Origin: Raillietiella orientalis
Taxonomy: Eukaryota
DNA: 64,000 nucleotides
Assembly (NCBI GenBank): GCA_036172245.1
Contig: JAYWIR010000009.1
Coordinates: 1,116,001 to 1,180,000 of the forward strand
Direction of reading: 5' to 3'
Of the stretch, positions 12,501 to 26,625 are shown piece by piece; position 1 is the first letter of the stretch; the number at the start of each line of letters is the position of its first letter. The position numbers and the translations under genes were made by a program. The notes beneath the pieces were generated by a model, which was given only the letters and a program-made list of their open reading frames with translations, made no database searches and was not told the origin of the DNA.

Positions 12501-14100
12501 AGCCGATTGCCAGAGCATCTCATGACCGGTGTGACCCGGAGGCGGAGGTGAACCGACAGAGGATGTTCGAGCCGAGGATCTAGACTTCCTGGAAGGAGGA
12601 CCGGATCACCGGGTGCCAGACTGAAGGCTCCGACTCGGTCTTGGGCTTAATTCGATTCCACCGGGCCGGATTCCGGAAGCTCTGTACCGGCCAGAAAATC
12701 TGAGGGATCCTCAAGGGGAAGCGAACGTGCGAGCGACCCTGAGCACCTCGCAAGCTAATTGGATTTGCCCGTCTGGAAGACAGGGGGGTGCAATCCCAAA
12801 ACTTTGCTCGGCGTAATTCTGCAAATCTCCGAGTTGCTTCTTCCGATTCCCGACTACAAAGTGGTCCAAGCACTTGCGGGGGCTGAAGGAGTCCTTGGAT
12901 TTTTCGAGAAGCTTTTCTCAGGGTAATATGTGCTGATTTTCGAATCGGTGTTCCTGGAGCCCGCCGCAGCTCTACTTTGGGACGTTCCCCAGGAACTGTT
13001 CCTGCAGCTTTCGTGGGAGAAACGTCGCACCTTGAGACGATGCAGTGGATGCGATTAGCCGGTTAATGACCTGAGTGACGAGCTCACGCGACGGCTAGTC
13101 ACTGGTAGCTGCCTCTGTCGCATGAGGTTTGCTTCTTCATCTCTTCGGGTGTTGCTGTGCTGCCACTGCTATGTTCTGACCTCTGTAAGGCTCCTGCAGC
13201 TATTCTCGATAGACCAGATTCTGGGTCCCTCCCCTGAAATCTGCCTTATTCCCCCACGAGCTGCCAACTGAGCGTGATTCAGAGTGCAAGTAGTCCGAGA
13301 CTGGGCACGTGGAAAGTTTTGCAAGTGTTTTTTTTTTTCCCCTGGGGAACTTCTCGAAGTCTCCTTCTATGCTATTCTTTGAACTCATGGATTCCCCCCC
13401 CCCCTTTTTTTTAACATGTTTTTTTTCTTGCTTGGCTGCTCTTCGGGTGTATCTGGCAGCAACACGGGCAGATGAAACTTGCTCTGTTTCTTATTCATGT
13501 TGCCACTGAGGAAACATTGTCGAACACTTGGGTTTCGCGAGGGAACCAAAGGTAACTCCATCAGAGAGAGAATTCCTACATCCAGCTCTCTGTTTCTACG
13601 GAAGTTGTTGGTGCATGCGTCAGTTCATACGAGAAGCGACTTACCACCACCACCGTTCGCAGCACGCACGAAGTGGAGAAGCGAAGCTGCGCAAGAAGAT
13701 GAGTGAACAAGTCGGAACAAGCAGCACTCAGCTTGGCGAGCAAGTTTCCTACATCTACAAGTCGGTTGAAAGATCCGAAGACACAGAACCTACCGGAGCC
13801 AGCCTTTGCCCCGCCCTATTTAAAAAAAACAAAAACAAAAGGGTAGCCACAGCTCTCCTTCCCACCTCAAAAGAAATCAGGCGGGGATTGCTTCGTTGCT
13901 AAGCACAGTTATTTGAGCTCTTCCTGACTGATGGTGCATCCGAAAAGGATAATTTCAGAAATCTGGAAACGCAGCAACAGTTTTCATCACGAAAGCTTCC
14001 TTCGTGGCGGATTACAATCGAATAAGTCTTCGTGCGCTCGCGGCATCCTTCGTCTTTAGGATTAGAGCTTCCGCAAGGATGCCGAGATACGAATGACATC
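9600..14100. mobile_element. Cluster of Gypsy gag-like fragments on both strands
   Basis: Segments resemble FxxRxQxxGE...LRxLA (+10800-10880, +13650-13750) and IxxGL...DLTI (-11650-11800). A gag N-terminal-like segment lies on the minus strand at 9900-10150. Confidence 0.3.
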
Positions 14101-14299
14101 ATTCATTCCGACTGAGTCTACGGCACGAATGGCCGTATCGGATGGATCCTCAAGCAAACTCTACGAACTCCCCTTACGGATGTCATTGAAGGTGGATAAG
14201 GGAGTGGGGGAAGGGAGAAAGGTGACCAGGAGAGAGTAAGAAGCGCGTAAATGGTCGATATCCTAAAGAGTCCGCGTTTCAAGAGTTTTCTCGATTACT

Positions 14300-14900
14300 C
14301 TAGAAAGATATGAAAATTCCGAATCTTCTTGGATCCATTCTGCAAGCCAGAGAAACTTCGTTGCCTCCGATGTCTGTCCTTCGTGTATTTTTAATGAACC
14401 TCTACGAGCTTCACTCGGTTTGTCCTCACGCTGCTGCGTTTTCTTGCGGGAGCAGACGCAGTCCTCTGCATGTAGGAATCTCTTCCTGTGGAGTCGGTTC
14501 CAAAAGACTTCCCTGGATTGCGTTTTCCTCCAGGAATTCCAAAGTGGGAATCCAAGAGCCTCCAGGATTGCGCAGTTTCCCTCCGCACGTACTCCATCAG
14601 GTTTTAAGCATGCGTCCAGGTGGAACTTGGCATCTCTTTCGGTTTTGAGGGCATACCATCCCCTATGGGGAAAGTCTCCTTGTCTCTGTAGTTTCTTTGG
14701 TTACCTGGGAATCCTCCAGACTTGTCCTTCTTCCAACAGATGAAGATCCATTCATTTCACATCATACGTCGCTCAGCATCATTGCAGAACGAGTACTTTT
14801 CATGGCTCCTGTTCCCCTTCGAAAGAAACTATAAACTCAATAGAAGAAACTTAAAAGTTGGGAGGATACTGGGAAACAAGAGGCCAGACTCCGTGCAGTG
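14300..14900 (+). mobile_element. Gypsy integrase fragment
   Basis: SVLRAYHPLWG resembles the T(S)AYHPQxNG motif. Confidence 0.35.
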
Positions 14901-15019
14901 CGTGGAAGCTTAGCTCTTTGTTTTCTTTTGGCTTGCCAAGTGCTGAAGAACTGTCTTTCTCCTTAGGGGAAGGAGGGGAGGGGGGGCTCACTCCATCCGC
15001 GAAGGCATCCAACTATCCA

Positions 15020-15660
15020 AGTTAGAGGACACCTCGAGAGGGAACCACCCTATGAATCCAGAAAGGCTCCGGAGGAAGGAGTCCCGTTCCCCTTACGCTT
15101 CGTAGAGGGCCCCGAAGGGAATCTCTTCCTTCTTCTCCACAGAGAGACCTCCGGAAGGAGCACTCCTCATTTCTTCTTCGCAGGAAATCAGGAAAGGATT
15201 TGCTCTTGGAGTTTCTTCTCCAGAAGAAACTTCCGCAAGGGAACCACTCCTGGTTTCCTCCTGTGAGGAGAATCCCGGAGGGATGTTCCCAAATTTTTTT
15301 GAAGGGCGCCCCCCAGAAGAAGCAGCGCGATTCTTCACACCCTGGAGAGGAATAAGTCCACCAGCTCCATGAAGCTTCATCTGTGCAACCGGAGAAGAAC
15401 CCCGAAGGAAATGTCGCTCCTTGGTTCCTGGAAGGACCCCGGATGGTCGACTTCCGATCCTGGCCAGTCAGCGGAGGCATCCGGGGGTCTCTGGCTTTTA
15501 CTAGTGCCGCACCCGAAACCTAGAGGCCAGCTGGGGTCATCTTGCGGGGGGAACTTGGAACTCACGACGCATCGCCCGTTCTTGGCGCTCTATCCTCCAC
15601 CTGGAGATGCGAACTCGCGACTCTTGGCACCACTCGCGGAGATCGTAGCCGCATGGTCTA
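15020..15660 (-). mobile_element. Family A copy 3
   Basis: Contains accaccctatgaatccag...ctccggaggaaggagtcccgttc...cacgacgca...ttggcaccactcgcggag. Confidence 0.75.
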
Positions 15661-15899
15661 GAAGCTTCATCGGCACAACCAGATCTCGAAAGAGGAGCAG
15701 GGAAAGCTGCTTTCACCGTATCTCCCTGGGGAACAACCAATGTCTTTTTCGAGCGAAGGGGATTCCTTCCTGGTAGATTCGTGGAAAATAGGATGCAAGG
15801 TGCAGCCTGTGTTTTGGAAAGGAATTGCATAGGTGTCTAAAATAGTGAGCAAGGAATAGAAAAAGGAGCGGCATCTCTTGGAACACTCACCTCTTCCAC

Positions 15900-18800
15900 T
15901 TTCCTCTAAGATTCAATTTGATTCTGGAATCTTCTTGACCCTCGATACCGCATCAGTAGGAGGACGTTGGGAATATTGAGTCTTTCTTACTAAAAATGTC
16001 TGAATCGCGCGGCACTGGATGCTGTCATCATCACATTCCAACATCCTGGCCATATCCCCCTACCGTTCTCCTCCCCTCTACCTTCATTTATGCCTCCTTC
16101 GCCATCACCTTCCATCTGGCTGGCCACTGTGGTTACAAAAGAAGAGCTGAAAGCTTTCCTTTCGTTTTCTTCTGAGTTCCGTCAGACTTGGAGCAACTCT
16201 TTTTGAGCCGATTCCACAGACTCTCCCCATTGCACATCTCGATCCCGTGCCTGGAGCACAAGGATCCCAAGAGAGAGGTTTCGGAGACATCCGCGTCGAG
16301 AACCCGACCTGGCGCACCAACCGTTTCAGGCATGCGATTGTCCCACCCTTGTTCTATTATTTTCTCACGTCGCTTCCATTGCAAGGACCTTTAATCGTGT
16401 GGGATCCTCTGGGACTCCCTACCAGTCCCACTGCTTCTCTTCACAGCTGCTTTCATACAACAGCAGTGGCTTAGGGGCTTCTGCTCCTCGTTTTTCATCT
16501 GCCCTCGAGACGACGCGTCAGCGAAATGAAAGGCATTATCCGAAGCCTTCCGGAATTCCGTGCTTTAGTCAGGACTGCCTTGGAGACTCCCGTTCAATTC
16601 CTCCCCACTTGACACCTTTTACGATCTTGGGAAGCAGGAAGATTTCCTTCCTGCGCATCTTCAAGACGGGAAAAATCGAAAATGGTTTCGAGCCCACCAC
16701 GGAATCCAGTTCTTGCTTTCCTGGAGGAGCGAACGAGACCAAAAGGGTCCGAACATCTCGGTCAGTGGGAGCAGCTCGGGAAGAGACGCGATCCGCCCCG
16801 CGATTCACCGGAAGGGGCGATGGAAACAAGACGGCGCGTCCTGCGTTCCCGGAGAAATCATCCGACAGTCGAGCTGAGTGGGTCCGGTCGTCCACATGTA
16901 CGCGCGCTCGAACCACGTGGAAAAGGATGGGCAGTGGGTCACTGCTTTGCTCGTGTGGAGCCCGGGGCCGGAAGAAACCCCCGAGCAGCTCTCGTGGGAG
17001 GGTGGAGGGCCACCGCTTACTCTGAATGCCGAACGTTCTTGGAGGATTGGCGTGAGAGACCCTTCGCCGGCAGCGAAGCCATCTCAGCGAGGAGGCCATC
17101 CTCATTAGGGGAGTCGGCCTTCTCCACTGCCACGGACTTCGCACAGCCATCTTGGAACTTTGCCGACCGTGTTTTGCGTGTCCACGCGTGACTTCCGAAA
17201 AGACTTGCATGCACCGAAGATTCCCGACGACAATAAAGAAAAAAAAAAAACATGCAGCCCTGCTGAGCGCCGCCACGCACTTTCCCGGGTGCTGCAGTTC
17301 CAGGAGCATGGAAGCTGGAACACTCATGACAATCATCCGCGCAGACTTATCCTTGCTTCCACCTGGGTTCCGCGGAGCCCTAGTGAACCAGAAGGAAGGA
17401 ATTCGGTCTTGAGAGGGAGGCACGGAAGAAACCCTCAGATCTGTGATGAGCAGTGGAGAGTGTCCTCAGACTAGAGGGAGAGTGGTCTTCTGAAGTCGGA
17501 AACGGCAGCAATTTTCCTTCGAGAAGCACTTGAGAAGTGCAGGACGGAACGAGCGAATCCATGAATCCATGCCGAAGGAAAAGAGGAGTAACCGCTAGAA
17601 ACAGGCCGAACAGGAAGTGTGGAAACAGAACTGTCAAGTAGGACGAAAGCTCATTGCATCCTTGCCGTTTCTTTTTTTTTTTTCAGTATTTCTCCCTTTT
17701 CTTTCACTTAGTCCCGCTGATGGAACACCCGGTTCCTTTCGGTTGCCTAGTTTTTCAACAGTGTCCTTCCTACCTTTTTTCTCAGTGTTGATCCATTGGA
17801 GTCGATTTCGAAATGTTCAACCCACTGTTTCCAGACATAGGGAAGTTTGAGCTTGATCTTCTCATTCCTGGGAGACGATCCTCCGCTACTCCTGAAGGCA
17901 ATGGCTCCTTACTCTTGGAATCTTTTCTTTCTTTATCAGCAATTAACCTGTCTTGTCTGGAGTGCAAGGGTCTTCCAAGGAGATATCTTCTTAATGTTGT
18001 TCAGTCTCCAATAATGTGCGACGATCCTTTTCTCTCCATCGATGATCCTCATTAACCTAGACGATCAGAAAGTTAGGAGCCCTTTGGGTTCTCAAAACAA
18101 GTCCGTTCCTTCTAACCATCTTTATCTTTCCGAACTTTACGTATGGGTTGCTTGCAAATGAGGCGATCGAAACCTTCAGCCCCCACTTTCTTGCCACTGA
18201 AGCGAATACACAGCGACTTGCTTCGGCAGCTCTTATCCATTCAGTTGCTTTTCTCCACGTCCCTGACGTCATTCTGGTTCTCACTGTGCAGAGAATCTTA
18301 GGCAGTTGTCTCTTAAGTCATCCTTTCAAGTCATCCTTTAAGGGGGATGACAGGACGAAAAGAGCTTTTGCGGGTCACGCACGGAGATTGGTCTTGGAAT
18401 CGGTAAACCATTCACAGAACTTCGAGCTCTTGACTTGACGTCAGAGTGGCTGAGCAGAGGATCTCACAGTCCAGATTCTAAACGATCGTTCGATATGCGT
18501 GGACATTTCTCTGGAAGCACTCCATTGAGTGCAGAATTGCGCTAGAAGAATGGGTCCAGTAATGGGGATCTCGGATTGTGCTGCAAGGGAAATACCAGCT
18601 AACCTCTCCAAATTCCTTTCTTAAGACGGCTAATCCAAGTTCCCGATGCCAATCGATATGCTTTGCCCTGCGACCTCAAGAGGCAAAAATGGAGATTTTT
18701 GAGTAACTCTCCTCTCTGGTTCATTCCTGATTCAGCTTCATGCCCAAATTCGAACTGGAGAACGAACCGCAGATGCAATCCCAGTGTCAGCATTTGACTT

Positions 18801-21800
18801 TTGTTCGAATCTGGTGTACACATGCTCGATATGGATATTTCATCATTTCCACCAGCTGGTCGTCTGTTGAAGGCAGACTGGCAGCTCATCCTGGCTGATG
18901 ACTATTAGAATGTGTGCCCAGAACAAATCCCGAACTGTGTTGGATGTTGAAAAACACTTTCATTCTCTTCTTCATGTTTTCTGCCTTTGTACGGCGAATC
19001 TCGAGTTTACGAAGCATCTCGTCGTTTTCCAGGTTCAAGACTAGCACCGAAGACGGTAAACTCCTTCGGCGAAGGAGACATGGTTCCATCGGCCTCCTTC
19101 CTTTGTCGAGTCTCTTCCAGACTCAGTTTTTCACATCAATTAGAATTTCCTTGGCAGGCAGCATCGAGCAGAAGGTCTCGACTATCATTATGGCAGTGGG
19201 TCCGGAAGGGATGTGAGTCTTTTTGTCCCGGGATTGGTTGGTTTGAGATCTCGAGTAGCCGTTTTGCCCGCCCTGACTATTTCATGAGGTCGATGCCTCC
19301 TCGTGGGGCAATTGCAACTTTTTTCCAAGAAGTCAGCGAGGATGTGTTGAAGACTGTCCCCATGCTAAACATCTTTCGTACCTTTGATCCTCATCGGCGC
19401 TTGTAGCGCTCTCATGGACAGACTCAGGCAGGCAGCGTGAGCGGAAGGAAAATCGAGAGGTCGCAGATGACCTCCGGTCCGCAGAAAGTGGCTGAACGCA
19501 CAGTGTTTCCTGATGCAAGACATGACATTCCTTGATCCGACATCCGCGTGGATGAAGGAATGCTGCGGCCTCCCAGCGCTGCAGCATCCACACACCAGAG
19601 TGAAAATTTGGGTTCCCTACTTCTGCCAAAACGAAGTTCTCGCATCAACATGGTGACGTGGGAATTTGCTCTTTTTTCAAGAACATCTCCTACTTTTTCA
19701 GAAAGAGCATTTTTGAGCGGACATTCGGAAACACATATAGAGCGAGGAACTTGCGCGAAGATTCTTCCTAACTGCTCCAGTCAAGTCGGAAAGATCGATG
19801 AATGATTTGAAGGATCCGCCAATTTGTCTGGAGCACACGGATAGAGACGAAACTTGTAAACAGAGTCGAGGGACTGCTTCCGTTTCCCTCCACCAAATCT
19901 CCCGTAACCGTAGGGCTGAGGTTTTCCGATTTTTTCTCGATGTTTCTTCTTTGGGCCGGAGTTCGGTCTTTCGATTCAGTCTGGCAGCTGGGCTTCCAAG
20001 TCGTTCTCTGCTGCATCCGACATGGCATTAGGGGTCCTTCATCTGGATGCATGCCTTATTATTTTAAAGGATGCACGGCTATGCACCGATAAGAATCCTG
20101 CGGTTTCTGTTGCGGGAGAATTCCAGTCAGAAGGTGGGAAAAAAGACTCAAGAGACACGAAGATCTCGATAAATTGGGTGCCAGTACATCCCTGGAAGAA
20201 ACATTCTTCTCACGAAACACAGTAGGGAATCCTTGGAAGCGTGAAGGGGATTCCATGATCAAAGAGTGTGATACGAGAGTATTCAATGGGACTGTCCTAG
20301 ACGGTCTGGCTGTTCTATGGACACAATGACTCTCCTTGACTACAAGGCGCTGAAGGGTCAACTGATGAATGTTTCCGCGATCTCATTCTGGAATCTTCCA
20401 AGCGTTGTCTTCGAAGCGGTTGCAGCATGATCCAGAATGTTAGTTGCATGTCCTCGACATCATCCTATGTTCGTCCGGTGTTCTTTTACATATCGATTGA
20501 AGAGCATCATGAAACCATCAGCCGCAAAAAAAAAAAAAAACACCAGTCACTTACTGGCTTACTGCTTATTTTTACTTCATGATTTTGTAGGAACTGGGTA
20601 GCACGTTAAGTGCGAGTTCATCCTAAGCATAGATTTGGATTTTTTTTTTTTTTGGAGCCTCTTCTCGAGTTATGGTCATATGGAAGCACTTAAATAGCAA
20701 GGAACACTGCAATGAACAATGCGGATTCATCCTGTAGAATAGGAGGAGCCTGCAAAAAACCAACTACAGATTTAGTAACCATCTCAGTAAAAAGGGAAGA
20801 AAGGTCAAGGCGTACTTGCTCTCTGTCTTGCTCCTTGCAATGAGTCCAAGGATACTCCAAGTCCAGAAAGGGAAAGAGTTTCTTCGATTCCAGGTACCAA
20901 GACAGACCATAAAACTATAAAGAGCATGCAGAAGGCATAAAAATTTGCATCAGCACACTTTTAGTGTTTTGATGGCGAGTCGATCAGTCTGACTTCAAAA
21001 CTGAGAAGCTGCTCTCCTTAAATGCTGGTTTCATGCCAGGAACGGAAAAGACGAAGTGCTTGGAGAAATTCCAGACCCGGTCTTCAGCTAGAGGACTTTA
21101 CTTTCCGAGCTCAGCTGGGCGCAAAGTAAAGGTCAGAGAGGCATTCGTTCAGAAGGCATCTCAAGAAGAATTCGACTGAGCTCAAATCAAGACTGAATCT
21201 GCTTTGAAGAAGATTGATTCCACTGGCCGCTGTGTGGTCTTTCCCTCTTGTGAACATCCAGAGTCGTGTAACATCCGCCCAACAACGATCTCAGTATCGT
21301 TCTCTTGAAGGTAAAGATACGGAAACTACGTTATCAGTATCCTCGAGGAGATGAGACGTCTCGTCGGATGAAAGAAAGATCATTAGAACTTGGAATTGGA
21401 AATATTCTCTAGACTGTTGCTAAGTCCATCCGAATCAAAGAAAAAAATCGTCTCCAGCAGTGTTTCCAGCATTCTCTTTTCTACTTGGACAAAGTTAGGA
21501 TGCGAATAGACCCTTCGTGACAGGAAGTTCTGAAGAAATGATCGCCACAAGAAGTAAACTACTGGGCTCTAATGGATTCAGAAGACAGTGCTCAGTCATG
21601 CTGGATGTTGGCAAAGCCATCCTGCTGAAATAGCCGACTGTTCATCAATGAATCGCATCACGTATTTCCATCCAAAGACCCTCCAGTCGAACACTTTACT
21701 AAATGGCGGAGATGGGAATTGTCCTCTAAAATAGTTCTGCTCCTCTGTGAAAGCTCCTTTCCCTGCTTCAGACTCAGTCGGGCCCGAATGTTTTCCCGAA
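15900..21800 (-). mobile_element. Decayed BEL/Pao LTR retrotransposon (gag-pol through integrase)
   Basis: Minus ORF 16569-17423 has Pao-integrase-like segments: LLGGFFRP (~GLDYFGP), LFHVVRARVHVD (~LFTC..TRAVHLE), LSDDF and KWGGIERE (~WGGxWER). RT-like PSGPTAIMIVETF...ILIDVK lies near 19130-19215. Many stops and frameshifts. Confidence 0.6.
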
Positions 21801-21829
21801 GGAAATCATCGACTTTGCTTAGTTGAAAT

Positions 21830-23300
21830 TTAAAATTTGCTCAGGTGAAAACCCCTTTGGAGTGCGGTGCCAGAAAAGGCGCCTTCCCGATGCAGGGAGA
21901 GCTGCTCCTGGAGGTCAAATGGCGAGAGGACAATTCGGTTTCGGTTGCGCTGCAACCGAAGGAACATTCCAGAGACCCTCCGAATGATGAAAAAACTTTG
22001 AGACCATATGAAGTAAGATCGATTCTCCTGACAATTGGCTTCTCTTCCCAGACGGATAGAAAATAAGAGCTGAGACGGTGACCGAGCATAGCGCCAAGTC
22101 AAGATTCGTTCCGAGATCCTTCTCGAAGCCTGAAAAATGCTGGAAGTCTACATTCTGAGTAATCAGCGTCGACGAGAGTGGATGGGTAGAAGTCAGAACA
22201 AATTATGTTGTCCTCCATATATTGAGATGGGATGGGAAGTTTTCACCGTAACTGTCACGAAGGCGAAAATACGAAAGTTTTTTGTATACTGCGAAGTTTC
22301 AATCTCAGTCCATCCAGAGACTGCAGTTTGGTTTTTTTCCCTGCCTCTTTCAAGTTATCGACCGAACGAATATGCCATTGGCGAAGAAAAGCGACAGGGA
22401 CGAACACTTTCTGGAAGCTTATCGGTCGCGTTTTTTCAACCAAAGCTGAAAAAAAAGATATCCTCAGAGGGGACTCTGGAATAGCTCGCTAAGAGGATAG
22501 CCATCCAGCAGCCCTCCAGGAGATAAGGAAGGACAGGAAGTAAGCCAGCTAAGGCATGAGATGAAATAAATCAGCCCATCATCACCCTGGTTCTCTTCCG
22601 TGTCCAGAGATGGAGGAGCATCGAAACTCCTCACACCAGAAATGCACCTTCTTGTTGTCACATGAGGTTGGTGGCGCAGAAGGGGCCAACTCTCAGAGCC
22701 TGGAAGCGTGAGTTGACTCCCGCCTCCAGCCAAGGAGAGCATCTCTTCCGCCAAATGCTGATCAGTTGAAGCTGGCGAACCTCGACGAGGTCGTCCAATG
22801 CTTGGAAACACGTGAAAAGGAAATGTTGGCATTTTTAAAGGGGAGAGCAGCAGCCACGCCATCCCAAACTTCAAGTGACAAGAGTCTGGCCGCTAGACCT
22901 GCTTATATGGTTTTTTGTGTCTCTTCCTCATCTGATGGATCGCACAGAAACACATTTCTACCGCGAGTAACGTGACAAGGTGAGCTCTGTTGGGCACCGC
23001 CAATCGAAACTGGTGCTAAGGAAACATCACCAGAGCAAGCCAAGGAAAGCTCTGGAAAGGACACATCTTCGCTTCCATAATCGCGGAAACTACAAATGCT
23101 TGACTCGGTACCTTCCTGGGAACATCTTCCCTCAAGAAACAGAAGGACCCATCATGGAAACAGAGGTGCTTCGAGTTCGGCGTTCGTCCGCCCAACCAGT
23201 CGGTGCACCCAGCAGCCAGGTCGGATGCGGGGGACCGACTTTCTAGAAGCAACCCACGCTAAAAGTAGGCGGCATACGTACTCCCTGGGGCATGCTCGCT
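21830..23300 (+). mobile_element. Decayed Gypsy pol (RT thumb, RNase H, integrase N-terminus)
   Basis: YEVRSILLTIGF (~EVRSFLG) and AVWFFSLPLSSYRPNEYAIGEEK (~PIAFxSxxLxxxExxYxxxEKE), in the expected order. Confidence 0.5.
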
Positions 23301-24226
23301 TTTCGGAAACCCACTTCTTCCTCGTCATTTTCTCTCGGCCTCGCTGCAGATGTGGTCGCATCCACGTCCTGCAGACACTCCAGATACCAGACTCTCTTTC
23401 TTGCAGCCGTGAACCAGGGAATGCTGATAGCACGCAGAAATCTTTTCTCTTCCATGGCTTTTAAGACCGCAGTGACTCAGTAGTTAGGTTCCTCCTTCAA
23501 GGCGGCATTCCCAGTCACCACAATGAATGTTGCTACTCGAGTAGGGTACCGCAAGAATAGAAACCATGCAGACCTTAGAGAGAACAAAACCAATGTTTGG
23601 AAACTCCAAGAATGCAGCATAAAAGGCCACAGAGAAGTCATCGGGCAATCCAATGGTTTCCGTTGTCCCTGTTTTCCTATTTGAACTGCAGCTGGGACCG
23701 ACCCACGTGATGAAGCTCCGCTGTCTTCATTCGATCGCAGTGCGAAATGGCCAGGACCAAGGGACTTTTCTCTTGAGTGATCTGTAAGGCTGCTGGGAAT
23801 TCCCTCGATCGCAGTGAGGACACTGTGATAATTCCCCAGTCCGACCAGCGGAGAGGTGAATTTATTGACCAGAGAGTGTTTTACATAGCAACCCTTTACA
23901 AACAAGGCTCAATTCCCTTCCAGTTTTGCCTATGGCAACCCTTGAGGTATTCCGCCCTTTCACGGTCTCTCGTGTTTGTCCTTACATTTTGAGGAGGAAG
24001 AACGTCACTTCTGTACGTCTGGGCGGGGATCATCCCGCAGCTGCGAATTCCTATTTTCCCGATGAAGTCGTAACAGGAAGGAGGCCATCGAAAATCACGG
24101 GGAAGTCCTCTTCTTCTTCTTCTGCTTGGGAGAAGTCCATTATTTGGTCTCAGCATATTTTTCAGCGCCGATCTTGCTTTCCGACTCGGCAAAGTCTGTG
24201 GATTCTTCTTTTCCCTGATGCGTTGG

Positions 24227-24676
24227 TCACGTGACCCTTGATATTTTCCTCTTCGGGGGCAGGTTTCCCTGGGGCGGTCCGATGAATATGGTTTCCTCTT
24301 TGTTCAGCGCGTTCACCGCCTGGAAGAGCAACTTTCTATCTCTTAAAGTGTTGAGAAAACGGAGATGCGCAATAGAAACTTCCGCTTCTCCTCCTTGTCG
24401 TCCAGAATGACCATTTTCGCGAGTGAGGCCACTTCTTGCTCGTACTCTGGGGTCTTCTGCTTCTCTTCCTCTTCGGTTGAGAGGCTTTCTATCTCTGCTA
24501 CTGGAGGGAGGGGGTAAGGGAAGGAGATCTACTGATTCCTCTTCTTCTGGGGCTTCTTCTGCTGCTGCTGCAATTCTCGGAGGCTCGAGTTGACGAATGA
24601 GCAGGAGAGGAGCTTCGCTTGCTTCCCCATCGTCTCCGCTTCGGGAAGCGGAGGCAGTCCTCGAGCCACGAGTCAC
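24227..24676 (-). mobile_element. Possible L1/Tx1-like ORF1 end / endonuclease start fragment
   Basis: A low-complexity E/P/R-rich stretch followed by LRFLNTLRDRKLLFQAVNALNKEETIFI, reminiscent of an APE N-terminus. Confidence 0.25.
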
Positions 24677-24849
24677 TTGCTTTGATCCCAGGTTTCCCCG
24701 GGTCCGACAATCGGTGCGGTGAACTTATTCAACAACGACAACGGTACAATCACAGTAATGTTGCCAAATCACACTCGTCTGGTCATATTCCGTCTGCGGA
24801 TTTTCACAATTCGCCGTTTTCCACGCACGTTGGGTGTCCTTGGGGATGT

Positions 24850-25360
24850 CACCATCAAGGCCGCTTCCCTTAGAGAGGATTGCTGAGGGCTGGAGGGCAG
24901 TTCGCTCTCTTGGGGCACGTCCGCGATCTTTTTCAAGATGTGGAGGTACGTCCAGGAGGGTATCCTGCCTCAGTTCCTGACCTGCGTCTCTCGTCCTATC
25001 AGTCCCCTCAATGCTGATGGCGGGAGCTGTAGCCCACGTATTATTCTCATCTTTGCCCTTCTTATCACGGCACCCGTGACGAAGAGGGCGATGGTGGTGG
25101 TCCGAATCATGGGATTGTACCGTGGAACATTTGGTTCCCATCGAACATTCCCGCGAAAATCTGTATACTCTTGTGGTCGTCTGCAGGCCAATCACAGCGT
25201 GCTCCAGTCTGGGCGCAGCGTCGGGCAGATGAGGCCGTGGAGCTCCTTTCGATCACAGCAGGCTCGTGGTCATGAGGATCCGAAATCAATCCGAAACCTC
25301 TGGGCCTTGACTTTCTTCTTCCATAACTTAAGTGAAAAACGTCGCCTCGACTACTGAAAG
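24850..25360 (+). mobile_element. Non-LTR (L1/Tx1-like) RT fragment
   Basis: RPISPLNADG (~RPISLLNxD) and a later degenerate RG..QG.P-like segment. Confidence 0.45.
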
Positions 25361-25861
25361 CTGCCGATTTTTTTTTTTTTAAAAAAAAAAAAAGAAAGAA
25401 AAGACATGACCGCTTAAATGTTTGCCTTTTCTGACTGTGCAGGTGGTGCATACTCTTGAAATTTTCCTCCTAACACAACCTCTTTGTTCCAGATGAGTAA
25501 GAAAACAGGACTGGGTCCTTCGCTGTCCGTGATGCAACCCATCAACGTCCTGAGGGAGCAGTTTTCCCACAAAACACGACAATCCCAGATCAGAAAGAAC
25601 CAAGAGTACTTGAACAGAATAGGTTAGCCAACGGTGTAATCGGTAGTCGTGAGTTTAGTTCAAGTGAAGAAAAAGCTCCACTGGGCTTCGGCGGTGTGCT
25701 GCACCAGTAATGCACGATTTCCATTTGAAATTTCAACATTTGGTTAGTTATGTATGGCGTAAAAAAAAAAAAATGAAATAAAAAATCATCACTCCCAGAG
25801 TTTCTTGTCTTTTTCACCAAGCCTTGGATTCTACTGGCCTAAGACGATGGAAATACTCTTG

Positions 25862-26625
25862 GGTTCCTTTCTGTCGTCGCTGTTTTCCTTCCAGCTCTTT
25901 TTTGGCTCGCCAAGTACCTCAGGAACCGTCGCGCCTGGTGGCTCACGCAGCTCTTTAACGCTGTTCCACGCCACCCGAGGGTGCGTGTAATTCTTCAAGA
26001 TAAGGGGGTGCCCCGAGAGGGGACCACCCTATAAATCCAGGAAGGACTCCGGACGAAGGAAACCCTCTACCCTGGTTGTCTCCTAAGGGAGCCCCCAAAG
26101 GAATCTCCTTCCTTTTTCTCTCTGGAGAGATCCCTGTAGGAGACCGCCCCATTTTTTCTTCTCCAAAGGGAACCCGGAAAGGACCCGCTCTCCGGATGTC
26201 TCCTCCGGAGGGAACCCCCTCAAGGGAACCGCTCTTTGTTACTCCTCTGAAGAGAACACCGGAGGGACGCTTCCGAATTTTCTCAGAACGGCAACACGCT
26301 TCTTTGCACTCTGGAGAGGCATCATCAATGCCAGCTCCATGGTACGAGACGGAGAGTTCTCCTTGAAGGGGGGGGGGGATGATCCGCTCCTTTGCACAAC
26401 TGGAGAACTCTCACTCCTTGATTCCGTTTCGTGGAAAGGCCCCGGAGGGTCGACTCCCAATCCCAGCTACTCATCAAGGCATCCGGTTTTAACCACTCCA
26501 AGTGCTGCACCCGAATGAATAGAGGCCAACCAACATCATCTTGCAGGAACCTACATCTCTCGGCGTCGAACCTTACCGAATATTCGACCCCGCGACGCTC
26601 GGAGACCGCAACCACATGGTCTTCG
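25862..26625 (-). mobile_element. Family A copy 4 (longest 3' extension)
   Basis: Contains ggtggctcacgcagctctttaacgctgttccacgcc...ggaccaccctataaatccaggaagg..., with the tRNA-like end near 26580-26625. Confidence 0.75.
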
